A DNA stretch of 64,000 nt from Bacteroidales bacterium. Its GTDB lineage: Bacteria; Bacteroidota; Bacteroidia; Bacteroidales; UBA932. Shown here piece by piece: positions 51,719 through 61,671 of this stretch (position 1 is the first letter of the stretch; the number at the start of each line of letters is the position of its first letter). Where the stretch lies: NCBI GenBank assembly GCA_017961015.1, contig JAGCYC010000033.1:661-64660 (forward strand). The letters are read 5' to 3'. The notes under the pieces are model-generated. The model ran no database searches. It had not been told where the DNA came from and saw nothing but the letters and a program-made list of their open reading frames with translations. Made by a program: the position numbers and the translations under genes.

Positions 51719-54319
51719 ATGAATTTTAGACGGCTCATCTGTTTGACAATGCTCCTGGCGGGTTTTACCCTCCGGGCGCAGACCGTGGAAACAGACTATA
51801 GCCACCCCAGGTCGGTCATAGTAGGCGGTGTAAGGATAGATGGGAACCGTTATTTCAACGAGAACCAGATCCTGCAGAGCGCAGGCCTTTCCAAGGGAAT
51901 AGAGGTGACCATACCCGGCGAGGAACTCACCGGAGTGGTGCGCCGCCTTATGGCCCAGCGCTATTTCGAAGACGTGGCCGTGGAGATTGACTCCCTGAAC
52001 GCCCGCCGCGACACCGCCTGGTTCAAGATCGTGGTGCGCGAACGTCCCAGGGTATCCCGCTGGAACTATACCGGAGTCAAGGCCGGAGAAAAGAAGGACC
52101 TGCAGGAGAGGCTCGCCCTCCGCGCCGGACGCGAGTATTCCGAATATGTGAAGAATACCGCCATAGACATCATCAAACGCTACTATAAGGAAAAGGGTTT
52201 CCAGAAAGTGGAGGTAGGTGTTAAGGAAGAACGCGACTCCGTAGTGCGCAGCGCCATACGCGTCACCTTCGACGTGAACCGCGGCAGCAAGGTCAAGATT
52301 AAGAAGATAAACTTCAGCGGAAATAACGAGGACGTGAGCGAGTACAAGCTGGCCAAGAATATGAAGGACACCCACGCGGCCACCTGGTACAACTTCTTCA
52401 AGAGCAAGAAATTCAAGGAGAAAGAGTACCAGACGGACAGGAAGACCGTGCTGGACGCCTTCAACGAAGCCGGTTACCGCGACGCCCGCCTTGTCAAGGA
52501 CTCGGTCTATTTCGTGGACGACAAGCACCTCGGGATAGATATGGACTTTGACCAGGGCCGCAAATACTACTACCGCAACATTACCTGGACGGGCAACTCG
52601 GTATATCCTTCCGAGGCCCTGAACCGCATACTCCAGATAAAGAAGGGCGATGTATATGACGTGGTCACTCTTGAGAAGCGCCTTCACGGCGGCGGAAAGG
52701 AGGGCGACTACGACATCTCCAAGCTCTACCGCGACAACGGTTACCTCTTCTTCAATGTCACCCCCGTGGAGGTGAACATCCAGAACGATTCCGTGGACGT
52801 GGAACTGCGCATCTCCGAAGGAAAGCCCGCCCGTCTGAACGAGATAGTGATCAACGGCAATGACCTCACCAACGAACGCGTGGTCCGCCGCCAGGTTATG
52901 ACAAGGCCCGGTTATCTGTTCAGCCAGTCCGATTTCGAGCGTTCCATCCGCGAGATAGCCTCGATGGGCCAGTTCGACGCCGAGGCCATAATGGGAGCCG
53001 GCGGATACTCCATCATCCCCAACCAGCTCAACAACACGGTGGACATCGTGTACAACGTCACCGAGAAACCCTCGTCGCAGCTGGAACTCTCCGGCGGCTG
53101 GGGCGGCAATACCTTCGTGCTCACCGCCGGCGTAAGCTTCAATAATTTCTCCACCCGCCGCTTCTTCGACAAGAAGGCCTGGAGGCCTGTGCCGCTGGGA
53201 GACGCCCAGAACCTGTCCTTCCGTTTCCAGACCAACGGCCGATACTACACCTCCCTGAGCGCAAGCTTTATGGAGCCCTGGCTGCTTGGAAAGAAGCCTA
53301 TGTCGCTGAGCCTTTCCGGCTATTATTCCAAGATGACGGATTCCTACCTTGCCATCGGCATACTGTCCACCGACAAGATGTTCGAGGTCTTCGGCTTCAA
53401 CGCCGGCCTGGGTTCCCGTCTGAAATGGCCCGACAACTACTTCGTACTCTACAACAACCTGAGCTGGCAGACCTACAAGCTCACCAACTGGACAAACAGC
53501 TACTTCGCCTTCAACGACGGCATATCGCATAACCTGAGCTACACGCTCTCGCTCACCCGTAACTCCACCGACCAGCAGATCTACCCCCGTACCGGTTCGG
53601 AGTTCTCCGCTTCCGTCCAGCTTACTCCGCCTTATTCGCTCTTCCGTAAATACACCTACAAGAACGGTCAGAAGGTGAATGTGGCCAGCTGGAAGGACGT
53701 CAATTACGACGCTACCTACGTAGATGAATCCGGCGCCAGCCAGAAGGAGTGGACATCGGCCAAGCGTTACAAGTGGATCGAATATCACAAGTGGAAGTTC
53801 AACGGCACTGTCTATACCAAACTGGTAGGAGACCTGGTCCTGATGACCCGTGCCCAGTTCGGCTTCCTGGGTTATTATAACCGCAACTGGGGCTATTCTC
53901 CCTTCGAAAACTTCCAGGTGGGCGGCGACGGTATGTCCGGCTATCTCACCTATGGCGCGGAAATTGTATCTTTACGAGGGTACTCGGATTATTCGCTTAC
54001 CCCCCGCAAGACAACGCCTTACAGCCAGAGCGGAGAAAGCTATGCGGGTAACCTGTACGACAAGTTCACTGTAGAATTGAGATATCCCGTGGTCCTGCAG
54101 CCTCAGAGTACCATCTTTGTGCTTGCGTTCCTCGAAGGCGGTAACTGCTGGTCCGACATCCGCGAGTTCAGCCCCTTCCAGATCAAGCGCAGCGCCGGCG
54201 TAGGTGTACGCATCTTCCTGCCGATGATCGGCCTTCTGGGAGTTGACTGGGGTTATGGCTTCGACGATGCCACCAACGGAAAGAGTCAGTTCCACTTTGT
54301 ACTTGGACAGCAATTTTAA
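51719..54319 (+). CDS. bamA: Outer membrane protein assembly factor BamA
   Basis: Signal peptide, POTRA repeats (Y...GY.D), LRGY motif, C-terminal HFVLGQQF; uppS-bamA-ompH synteny. Confidence 0.96.
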   Translation: MNFRRLICLTMLLAGFTLRAQTVETDYSHPRSVIVGGVRIDGNRYFNENQILQSAGLSKGIEVTIPGEELTGVVRRLMAQRYFEDVAVEIDSLNARRDTAWFKIVVRERPRVSRWNYTGVKAGEKKDLQERLALRAGREYSEYVKNTAIDIIKRYYKEKGFQKVEVGVKEERDSVVRSAIRVTFDVNRGSKVKIKKINFSGNNEDVSEYKLAKNMKDTHAATWYNFFKSKKFKEKEYQTDRKTVLDAFNEAGYRDARLVKDSVYFVDDKHLGIDMDFDQGRKYYYRNITWTGNSVYPSEALNRILQIKKGDVYDVVTLEKRLHGGGKEGDYDISKLYRDNGYLFFNVTPVEVNIQNDSVDVELRISEGKPARLNEIVINGNDLTNERVVRRQVMTRPGYLFSQSDFERSIREIASMGQFDAEAIMGAGGYSIIPNQLNNTVDIVYNVTEKPSSQLELSGGWGGNTFVLTAGVSFNNFSTRRFFDKKAWRPVPLGDAQNLSFRFQTNGRYYTSLSASFMEPWLLGKKPMSLSLSGYYSKMTDSYLAIGILSTDKMFEVFGFNAGLGSRLKWPDNYFVLYNNLSWQTYKLTNWTNSYFAFNDGISHNLSYTLSLTRNSTDQQIYPRTGSEFSASVQLTPPYSLFRKYTYKNGQKVNVASWKDVNYDATYVDESGASQKEWTSAKRYKWIEYHKWKFNGTVYTKLVGDLVLMTRAQFGFLGYYNRNWGYSPFENFQVGGDGMSGYLTYGAEIVSLRGYSDYSLTPRKTTPYSQSGESYAGNLYDKFTVELRYPVVLQPQSTIFVLAFLEGGNCWSDIREFSPFQIKRSAGVGVRIFLPMIGLLGVDWGYGFDDATNGKSQFHFVLGQQF

Positions 54320-54344
54320 CGGATAAACTAATAATATTACAGAT

Positions 54345-54908
54345 ATGAAAAAGATTCTCTCTCTCGCAGCAATGGCGCTTATCTGCCTCAGCGCAGGCGC
54401 ACAGCAGCTGGCCCGTGTGAATTTCAGCGAACTGGTGGCCCTTATGCCCGAAATGGACAAGGCCCGCGAGGTAATGGACGCCTCCCAGAAGGAAGCCCAG
54501 GAAACCTACGCCGCAATGGTAGAGGAATACCAGGGCAAGGCTACTCAGTACCAGCAGAAGAGTGCAAGCTGGACTGCTGCCATCCGCGAATCCAAGGAGA
54601 AAGAGCTAATGGATATGCAGGGCAGGCTTCAGGAGTTCCAGCAGTCCATCAGCCAGGAACTTCAGCAGCAGCAGGCCCAGCTGGTTAGCCCCATCAACGA
54701 AAAGGCCCAGAAGGCGGTGACCGAAATCGCCAAGGCAAAAGGCCTCACCGTCGTGTTCGACTTCCAGCAGGCCCTTTATTTTGACGAAGCAGCCGTGGTG
54801 GATATCACCCCCGACGCCCGCAAGGCCCTGAATATCCCCGAAGGCCGCACCCTGGAATCCCTCCAGGCCGAACTTGCCGCCCAGCAGCAGGCTGCCGCAG
54901 CAAAGTAA
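54345..54908 (+). CDS. skp: OmpH/Skp periplasmic chaperone
   Basis: Signal peptide; VN..EL...MPE, coiled coil, IAK..G.T.VFD, DIT; follows bamA. Confidence 0.9.
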   Translation: MKKILSLAAMALICLSAGAQQLARVNFSELVALMPEMDKAREVMDASQKEAQETYAAMVEEYQGKATQYQQKSASWTAAIRESKEKELMDMQGRLQEFQQSISQELQQQQAQLVSPINEKAQKAVTEIAKAKGLTVVFDFQQALYFDEAAVVDITPDARKALNIPEGRTLESLQAELAAQQQAAAAK

Positions 54909-54925
54909 GCCCTCAGGAAAGAAAC

Positions 54926-54961
54926 AAAAAATCCGGCTCAGTATAGAGTCGGATTTTTTTT
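54926..54961. terminator. Intrinsic (probably bidirectional) terminator between ompH and tRNA-Val
   Basis: AAAAAATCCGGCTC-AGTATA-GAGTCGGATTTTTTTT hairpin. Confidence 0.85.
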
Positions 54962-54962
54962 G

Positions 54963-55037
54963 TGGGCGGTACTGGATTCGAACCAGTGACCCCCTGCTTG
55001 TAAGGCAGGTGCTCTGAACCAGCTGAGCTAACCGCCC
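54963..55037 (-). tRNA. tRNA-Val (UAC), CCA not encoded
   Basis: Minus strand GGGCGGT...CCTGC-CTTACAA-GCAGG...ACTGG-TTCGAAT-CCAGT-ACCGCCC-A cloverleaf. Confidence 0.97.
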
Positions 55038-55051
55038 TTTGTTCGGGGATG

Positions 55052-55059
55052 CAAAGGTA
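55052..55059 (-). promoter_or_regulatory. -7 box (TACCTTTG) for tRNA-Val
   Basis: TAnnTTTG 14 nt upstream of the tRNA. Confidence 0.65.
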
Positions 55060-55102
55060 GGTAATTTCCCCGAATCTGCAAAATTATTTTCAATTTCTTT
55101 GT

Positions 55103-58100
55103 CTAGCGGCTCTTTACGGGGCCTTTATAGGCATCGACTGCGCTGTAGTGGGGAGCGTAGAGGGATTCTATGCTCACTACGGGAGCCTGGAACTCGCCGG
55201 CCTGAACCACGAAGAAGGTCTCGCTTATGCTGGTGCTCTCCTCGGGATAGGCATCGAAGAAATACTCGCTGCGCTCAGCCTTCACATTGCGGTAGCCGTG
55301 GGGTATGAAGCCGAAGGATATGCCGCTGCGAAGCGGAACCACGAAGCCGTAGCCAACGTGGCCGGAGAGCTGCTCTACAGGCTGCAGTGAGGCCTCGCGG
55401 GGGGCGCTCAGGCGCACGAAGCTGCGGTTTTCGGCATTCCATATATCGTAGCGGACCATCACTTTTTCTCCCACATTCAGTACTTCACCCTCGCGGAGGG
55501 GTTCCCAGACCGCCTCGTTGCGGTTGCGGGGGTCGGAACTGTTGTCATAGACCTGTTCGCGGACCGCCTGGCGGAAGAAAGTACGGCTGATGCTGAAACC
55601 GTTGCCTGCGGCCGATATGTCCTTGAACGGAGCCTCGAAGCTCTTGCTAAGGACGATGACCTTTGTCTCGAGCACCTCCTTCGAGCCTTTCAGTACCGAG
55701 CCGATGGCATCTACGAAGGAAGGGTCGCTGTCCCATTTCTGGGTCTCTTTCTGGAGCATCAGCCACAGGCGTATGCCATCGGCTATCTCTGAAGCCTTTT
55801 CCTTGCCCAGACCGTCCAAAAGGTCGCAGAGGAGGCTGTGCGCATAGGCTTCGCCTTCCAGAAGGCCGCGCCAGGGCATCACCGCATTGGGGTAGTACCA
55901 GCCGCCGTCGCGGTGCTCCACGGCATATTCCATAAGGGAGGCGGCATCGGCATTGAGGGATTTGCTGAGGGCCGATTTGCTTCCAAGGCTTATGCCCCAC
56001 TGCTTTGCAAGGGCAATCCCGCCGTCCTTTTCAAGGAGAAGGCGCAGGGTGAGCAGCCTTCTGGCCTTGTCCAGGATGCGTCCGTTCAGTCCGCGCCCGT
56101 CCTTGGCCGAGGGAGTCAGATAGGCTTTTGCGTTCTTTTTGAAGGCTTTGAGCAGGTCCTTCTGTGCGTTGGTTCCGGCCTTCCACTGGAAGGGAACGGA
56201 GGCATACATAGACCTTACATACATATACTGGGCATCGCTGAGGCAGCCATACCAGAAGGGACGTTCTCCTCCGAAATGCTCTTTGTCAAGATACAGGACA
56301 CTGGTGTCAAGCCCGGGCACATTGATGCCGAGGGCGGCTATCGCAGCCATCCTATGGAGCACCACGGCTGTGACGACGGGAGAGGAAGGCATACCTTCAA
56401 ACCAGCCGAAACCGCCGTCTGAATTGCGGCAGGCCAGGATCTTTCCCATAAGGTCGTCCTCGGGGGCGCTTACTCCCAGAAGGGAAGCGCGCTGCCTTAC
56501 ATACCAGGCTTCCGTCAGGGAAATAACGTCTTCTCCCTTGGGATCGGCGTGCTCCGGGATGGCTTCCTTTATCATATCCAGGATGGATATTTCGCGAAGG
56601 TCGGCGTTGGCTCCGTCGGTGTTTACGAAGCGGCTGCGGAGTTCCCGTATCAGGGCCTCGGCGTCGTCGCCGGCGTGCAGTACGGCCGAATGGCTTTCGC
56701 TGAGCTGCTGGGCGGCGGGGCTCACGGGCACTTCCACTTTCATCGCATCGGCAAAACCGTCGCCTTTGAAGCGTGCGGTGAGGCTAAGGCTTCCGGCTTT
56801 ATCCACGTTCATACGGAAGAGCTTCGTCACCCTCTGTCCGGCGGCGATCTCTATGGGGAACTGCTGGGATTTCTCCCCGTCTTCCAGCGAAAGGACGCCG
56901 GCAACGGGGGCGTCGCTTATGGAAGACACGCTGACTGCAGCTTCATAGACATCGCCCACATACAGTTGCCTGGGAGCGTTCAGCTCCACTTTTACAGGCA
57001 GAGTCACCAGTACTTCGTCCTGGACCAGGGCCGATCTCATTGTCTTGTCGTGCGCGAGTACGCGTACATAATAGGTTGATAGCTTGTCGGAAGTGTCGAA
57101 CTCCAGGCCGATGACGCCTTTGGAGTCGCTCCGGAGCTGGGGCTCGAAGCAGAGGGCCTCTTCGAAACGTTCGCGAAGAGGAATGTCTTCTTTACCGGCC
57201 GCGCTCTCCATAGCCGCGGAATCGTACAATACCGCGCCTTCCTCCTCCACCATAGCCCCGTCGGCGACGGGAGCCGCCGCTTTGAACATCATAGTGGACC
57301 GGGTGCCCAGTTTATTACTTGCGACACCGGCAGCACGACCCTCGAACAAGTCTTCCTCGCTGTCGGCCGAATTCGAGCCGCACACGGTGTAAACATCCAC
57401 TGAAGGTACTGTGAATCCCGACATCGAGACCCTGTTCCAGTGCAGCGGGGCAATGGCATCGATGCTCTTGTCCCATACCGCCGCCAGGGCTTCCACTCCC
57501 GCTTCCGATTTGAGTTCGAAGCGGTAGTGCGCACCGGGATAGAGTTTGTTGCTTATGCGGGTGAAGCTGAGGGGAAGGCTCAGCTTGTCCTTGGCCCTTC
57601 TGAACTGCCTTTCGTAAGTCACGACACTGTCGTTGAGGAAGTACAGCACGTGGAGGCGCACGGCGTCGGGGCAGGAGGAAGCATAGTCGAAGCCGATCTC
57701 GCCCACAACTCCGTCTCCTATGGTAAAGAGCTTGCTGTCAATTATATGGTAAGCGTCGCCTATGAGCGAGGCCACACCGTATATCTTTCCCGCGCCGGAG
57801 CCAATGCGGAAGGAAACACCGCCTTCGCTCACTTCCTTTTCGGGTGCAAGCATTATCCTGGAAACGCCTTCGGGGACTTTGCTCTCACCGGGTGCAAGGT
57901 AGAAGATTTCGCTGCTGTTTTTGGCTTCCAGTCCGCCTTCGGTGGCCTTGCTCCTAAGCTCGTAAAGCCCGCTTTCAAGGGATGTGAGATCCACGGAGAA
58001 AGGCTTCCCGGATACGGCATCTCCCTTGAGCAGGGCTGCCCCGTCCTTTTTACCTATCTCGTAGCTTACGGGAATATCCAGAAGGTCTCCGTTGGCATTT

Positions 58101-60286
58101 CTGGCCTCCAGCACGATTTGGGCTGCGGATGCGTTCACCACCGGTCTGGAAGGACGGTAATACCAGCGGTGACGGGACGGCTCATTTATCAGGGACAGTT
58201 CGGCATCGGCATTGTTGTTCACTCTCAAGCCGACAGTTATGCTGCTGCTCACATAGAGTCCCGTGGAGAATTCCCTGGTTTCACCTCCGGCTTCGGTTAC
58301 CCTTACTTCTATGCGGTAATAGCCTTCCTCCGAGGTGTTTACGTCCATTTCGAAGCGGTCCTCGCCATCCAGGCTCAGTTGCTCCTCCTGAAGGACATCG
58401 CCCCAGCGCTGGACCCTGGCGCTGATCTGCGCGCCGCTCATATGATGTCCTGAATAGCTGATTATTTTTCCGCTCAGCTTAAGTGGATCGCCCACTTTAA
58501 TGAGCTTCCCTTCGAGCGAATCGAACTTCAGGTCGAAAGTGGGCAGGACGAACTCGTCCACCCTGAACCAGTCGTAAGCCAGGCTGTGGTTGCCTTCCTT
58601 CACTTCCAGGCTGAACCAGCCGTTGCGAAGACCTTTGGGCAGTTCGAAGCTGCAGGCGGCCGATCCGAACTCGCCGCTCGTAACCTGCTCTTTGGCGATG
58701 CGGTTTCCTTCCGAATCGGAGAGGATTACGCTCAGTTTGCTTCCCGACAGCACTTTATAGCCCTTGCGGGGTTCTCCCTTGTAGACAATGAACTTTAGTT
58801 TGAGGGTGTCTCCGGGATTGTAGGCGCCGCGGTCGCGATAGATCTCGCAACGGGTGCTTTCGGAAGAGGAAATTTTCAGGTCCTGTCTGTAGAAGCCCAT
58901 TTTCCTGGAAAGGCGGGTTCCGCTCACGGCCTCCAGTTCATACCAGGTCTTGGGATGGGCGTCAATAATCTTTACAAGTGCCTGGGGGAGCTTGGTGAAG
59001 CCTTTCAGGGATAGGGCCGATGTAGCCACGACCTTGCCGTTCTTGTACAGCCGCAGGCTCACCTTCCCGAGGGGGGCGCCGCTATGGCTGTCGGCCACGT
59101 AGCATTCGCTGCCGGCGGCCTGCTGCCTCAGTGCAAGGGAAAGGCTGTACTGCTCAAAAAATGCGCTGTTGCTGTATTTACCGCTTGTGGCTTCCAGGTA
59201 GTAGGACCCGTCATCCACTGCTGGAAGTCTCTGGTTTAGAGTGTCGGGAGCGTAGAAACTGCGCGCTGCATTCACAAGGTTCCAGCTGTGGAGGACGGTT
59301 TTGCTGTCCTCCTGCCGGAACAGCTTGAGCGTAGCCTTGTCCAGGTTCTGGAACTGGACCGTAGCAATCTTCCCGTCCGTGTTAAGCCAGAGATGGCTTT
59401 CGCAAAGCTGCTCGCACAGCTGTTTTATGCGTGTTACGGCATCGGCGATTATGGATTCTTCACCCTCGAAAGCCTTCCTCTGGCTCTCGAAAGCGGTGCA
59501 GGCCTCATACAGGCGCCTGTAGTCTGTCCCGGCTGCCTGACGGCGGTTCAGCTGTGTGAAGTCTTCCAACAGCAGGTCCTGCCTGGGGAACAGGGCCACA
59601 GCCTTCCCCTGATAGCGGGCGGCCAGATTCCTGAGTGCTTCCAGCCGGGCTTCCTTCTTCTCGGAGCCGTTCAGGGTGGCATTTATCACATAGTATTCCA
59701 GGGCGGCTTCGGAGGGGTACTGCCCCTTGACCTCTTTACGGAGGGCCTGATAGATTTCGTCGTCATTGATATCCTTGTACGAGCGCATCTCCAGCAGTCT
59801 CCAGAGGACATATTCGCGGTCGCTCCTTACAAAATGGGCCAGGGCTCCGTTCAGGTACGAGCCTATTCCGCGGTGAAGCGAAGGATGCGAGCCCTCGAAT
59901 TCACTGAGCCTCGAGCTTACGAAATGGGCGGCCTCATCGGAGCTTTTCCCGCTGTCCAGCATCCAGAGGAAGGTGACAAGGGGATAGTCGAAGGCCTTGA
60001 TCTGGGCTTCCAGTTCCTGCTGCATAGCCGTACGCTGCTTCCAGTCACGGGACACCACGGCCTGCACGTAGAGGGTGGCGGCATCGTAGAAATCGGCAGG
60101 AAGACGCTTCGAGGCGGCTTCGCTGCGTATCTGCAGCAGTATGGCGGCCTCCTTTTGGGGGAGGTCGGCCTTGTGTGCCTGTTCATACTTGGACCAGAGC
60201 TGTCCAAGGCTATGTCCGTTGTCAGTTGCGTTCATAGGTAAAAGGCTGGAAACCAGGGCCAGCAAAACTGTGATGATATGCTTCAT
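55103..60286 (-). CDS. Bacterial alpha-2-macroglobulin family protein
   Basis: Signal peptide; DRGAYNPG, FRVDEFVLPTF, LYPG, WDKSID, bait-like low-complexity region then LRERFEE...F.PQL, NSDGGFGWF, FQAPV..IESLYAP. Confidence 0.88.
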   Translation of the reverse strand: MKHIITVLLALVSSLLPMNATDNGHSLGQLWSKYEQAHKADLPQKEAAILLQIRSEAASKRLPADFYDAATLYVQAVVSRDWKQRTAMQQELEAQIKAFDYPLVTFLWMLDSGKSSDEAAHFVSSRLSEFEGSHPSLHRGIGSYLNGALAHFVRSDREYVLWRLLEMRSYKDINDDEIYQALRKEVKGQYPSEAALEYYVINATLNGSEKKEARLEALRNLAARYQGKAVALFPRQDLLLEDFTQLNRRQAAGTDYRRLYEACTAFESQRKAFEGEESIIADAVTRIKQLCEQLCESHLWLNTDGKIATVQFQNLDKATLKLFRQEDSKTVLHSWNLVNAARSFYAPDTLNQRLPAVDDGSYYLEATSGKYSNSAFFEQYSLSLALRQQAAGSECYVADSHSGAPLGKVSLRLYKNGKVVATSALSLKGFTKLPQALVKIIDAHPKTWYELEAVSGTRLSRKMGFYRQDLKISSSESTRCEIYRDRGAYNPGDTLKLKFIVYKGEPRKGYKVLSGSKLSVILSDSEGNRIAKEQVTSGEFGSAACSFELPKGLRNGWFSLEVKEGNHSLAYDWFRVDEFVLPTFDLKFDSLEGKLIKVGDPLKLSGKIISYSGHHMSGAQISARVQRWGDVLQEEQLSLDGEDRFEMDVNTSEEGYYRIEVRVTEAGGETREFSTGLYVSSSITVGLRVNNNADAELSLINEPSRHRWYYRPSRPVVNASAAQIVLEARNANGDLLDIPVSYEIGKKDGAALLKGDAVSGKPFSVDLTSLESGLYELRSKATEGGLEAKNSSEIFYLAPGESKVPEGVSRIMLAPEKEVSEGGVSFRIGSGAGKIYGVASLIGDAYHIIDSKLFTIGDGVVGEIGFDYASSCPDAVRLHVLYFLNDSVVTYERQFRRAKDKLSLPLSFTRISNKLYPGAHYRFELKSEAGVEALAAVWDKSIDAIAPLHWNRVSMSGFTVPSVDVYTVCGSNSADSEEDLFEGRAAGVASNKLGTRSTMMFKAAAPVADGAMVEEEGAVLYDSAAMESAAGKEDIPLRERFEEALCFEPQLRSDSKGVIGLEFDTSDKLSTYYVRVLAHDKTMRSALVQDEVLVTLPVKVELNAPRQLYVGDVYEAAVSVSSISDAPVAGVLSLEDGEKSQQFPIEIAAGQRVTKLFRMNVDKAGSLSLTARFKGDGFADAMKVEVPVSPAAQQLSESHSAVLHAGDDAEALIRELRSRFVNTDGANADLREISILDMIKEAIPEHADPKGEDVISLTEAWYVRQRASLLGVSAPEDDLMGKILACRNSDGGFGWFEGMPSSPVVTAVVLHRMAAIAALGINVPGLDTSVLYLDKEHFGGERPFWYGCLSDAQYMYVRSMYASVPFQWKAGTNAQKDLLKAFKKNAKAYLTPSAKDGRGLNGRILDKARRLLTLRLLLEKDGGIALAKQWGISLGSKSALSKSLNADAASLMEYAVEHRDGGWYYPNAVMPWRGLLEGEAYAHSLLCDLLDGLGKEKASEIADGIRLWLMLQKETQKWDSDPSFVDAIGSVLKGSKEVLETKVIVLSKSFEAPFKDISAAGNGFSISRTFFRQAVREQVYDNSSDPRNRNEAVWEPLREGEVLNVGEKVMVRYDIWNAENRSFVRLSAPREASLQPVEQLSGHVGYGFVVPLRSGISFGFIPHGYRNVKAERSEYFFDAYPEESTSISETFFVVQAGEFQAPVVSIESLYAPHYSAVDAYKGPVKSR

Positions 60287-60313
60287 ACAGGCTCATTTTT
60301 CAATAATCGTACC

Positions 60314-61591
60314 TTAGACCAGGCTGCTTTTGCCCAGGGCCGGAAGGGCTTCGGCAACCACGAAGGCACTGCCTCCTATATATATAAAGTTCTTTTCTTC
60401 TTTCAGGGCCAGGCGCACGCCGTCGGCAACCGAAGGGGCGCAGCAGGCTTCTTCGCTGCGGCTCCTGCGGAAGCGCTCCAGCAACTCCTGTGCGGGGAGC
60501 GAGCGGGGCGAGTCGGGTGCCACGAAGATGTAGCGGGCACCGCGGGGCATAAGGGGGATTATGGAGTCCAGGTCCTTATCGGCCATTATCCCGTAAACTA
60601 TGGTGCAGGGGGCCTGGATACGGGAAAAGTTCTCTTTCAGCGCCGCCGGATTATGGCCGATATCGGCTATTACGGTGGGGTTTTCTCCCAGCCTTTCCCA
60701 CCTGCCGTGGAAGGCCATACGGGAAGCCGTATTACGAAGGGCTTCAAGGCTTTCCTCCTTTGAGAGGCTTTCCCCCATTCCGAGTATTTCCAGAGCGCAG
60801 AGGACGGTGTGCAGGTTCTGCCGCTGTGGAGGGGCTTGGAGGTCCATCCGGGCGAAGACGGCTTCTTCGAAGGGGAAGGCGGGCCGGGCATCGGCAAAAC
60901 TGAGAGGGCATCCTGCTGCCGCCGCCTTTTCCAGGAAGACGGGGGCGGTTTCTTCATCGTAGCTGCCGCAGAGGGCGGGGACTCCCTTTTTGAAGATTCC
61001 GGCCTTTTCGGCGGCGATTTCGCCGCGGCTGTTCCCGAGGAGGGCGCAGTGATCCAGGCCGATGGAGGTAATTATGCCAAGCTCCGGCGTGATGATGTTG
61101 GTGGAATCCAGCCGGCCGCCCAGGCCGCACTCTATCACGGCCCATTGGGCACCGGATTCTGCGAACCAGCTGAAGGCCATCCCGGTGGTAATCTCGAAGA
61201 AGGAAAGATCCAGTTCGCGGGCGCTGCTTTCGTAGCGTTTCAGAAAGTCCCAGACCCACTCTTCGGGAATTGCGACAGGCCCCGGCGCCATTACCATCCT
61301 CTCCCTGAAATCCAGCAGGTGCGGAGAGGTATAAAGCCCTGTCTTATAGCCGTTTGCACTCAGCACGGATGCCAGCATATTGGCCACTGAACCCTTGCCG
61401 TTGGTCCCGGCTACGTGGATGCAGCGAAGCTTTTCGGAAGGCTTCCCCAGGAGCTTGTCAAACTCGCGCATCCTCTCCAGGCCGGGCTTGTATGCCCCGC
61501 CCAGGAAACCGTCCCTCTGTACGGAAGGGAAGCGCCGGAACAGTTCCTTAAGCGCCTCCTCGTATGCCTGCCTGGTAAATCCGCTGTCCAT
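60314..61591 (-). CDS. folC: Folylpolyglutamate synthase / dihydrofolate synthase
   Basis: IHVAGTNGKGS, YTSPHL..FRER, FE..T, ECGLGGRLDSTN, LDH, EKAGI, GRWE, DIGHN. Confidence 0.95.
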   Translation of the reverse strand: MDSGFTRQAYEEALKELFRRFPSVQRDGFLGGAYKPGLERMREFDKLLGKPSEKLRCIHVAGTNGKGSVANMLASVLSANGYKTGLYTSPHLLDFRERMVMAPGPVAIPEEWVWDFLKRYESSARELDLSFFEITTGMAFSWFAESGAQWAVIECGLGGRLDSTNIITPELGIITSIGLDHCALLGNSRGEIAAEKAGIFKKGVPALCGSYDEETAPVFLEKAAAAGCPLSFADARPAFPFEEAVFARMDLQAPPQRQNLHTVLCALEILGMGESLSKEESLEALRNTASRMAFHGRWERLGENPTVIADIGHNPAALKENFSRIQAPCTIVYGIMADKDLDSIIPLMPRGARYIFVAPDSPRSLPAQELLERFRRSRSEEACCAPSVADGVRLALKEEKNFIYIGGSAFVVAEALPALGKSSLV

Positions 61592-61598
61592 ACAATTA

Positions 61599-61649
61599 CA
61601 AAGATACGTAAAAAAGCGATTGGTTTCTGAAAAAAAATAGCTACATTTG
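61599..61649. promoter_or_regulatory. Divergent -7 boxes: TATCTTTG (minus, 61599-61606, folC) and TACATTTG (plus, 61642-61649, PurL-like gene)
   Basis: Two TAnnTTTG matches in the AT-rich spacer. Confidence 0.55.
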
Positions 61650-61671
61650 AACGATTGGAAAAGAGCTTCCT

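Noticed and set aside
51647-53788. 713-aa ORF antisense to bamA
   Set aside because: In-register shadow of a GC3-biased gene, with V/G/H-rich composition and no motifs.
40908-55037. tRNA-His and tRNA-Val as possible island or prophage integration sites
   Set aside because: Both 3' ends run directly into terminators and core genes; no integrase, duplicated tRNA end or compositional shift.
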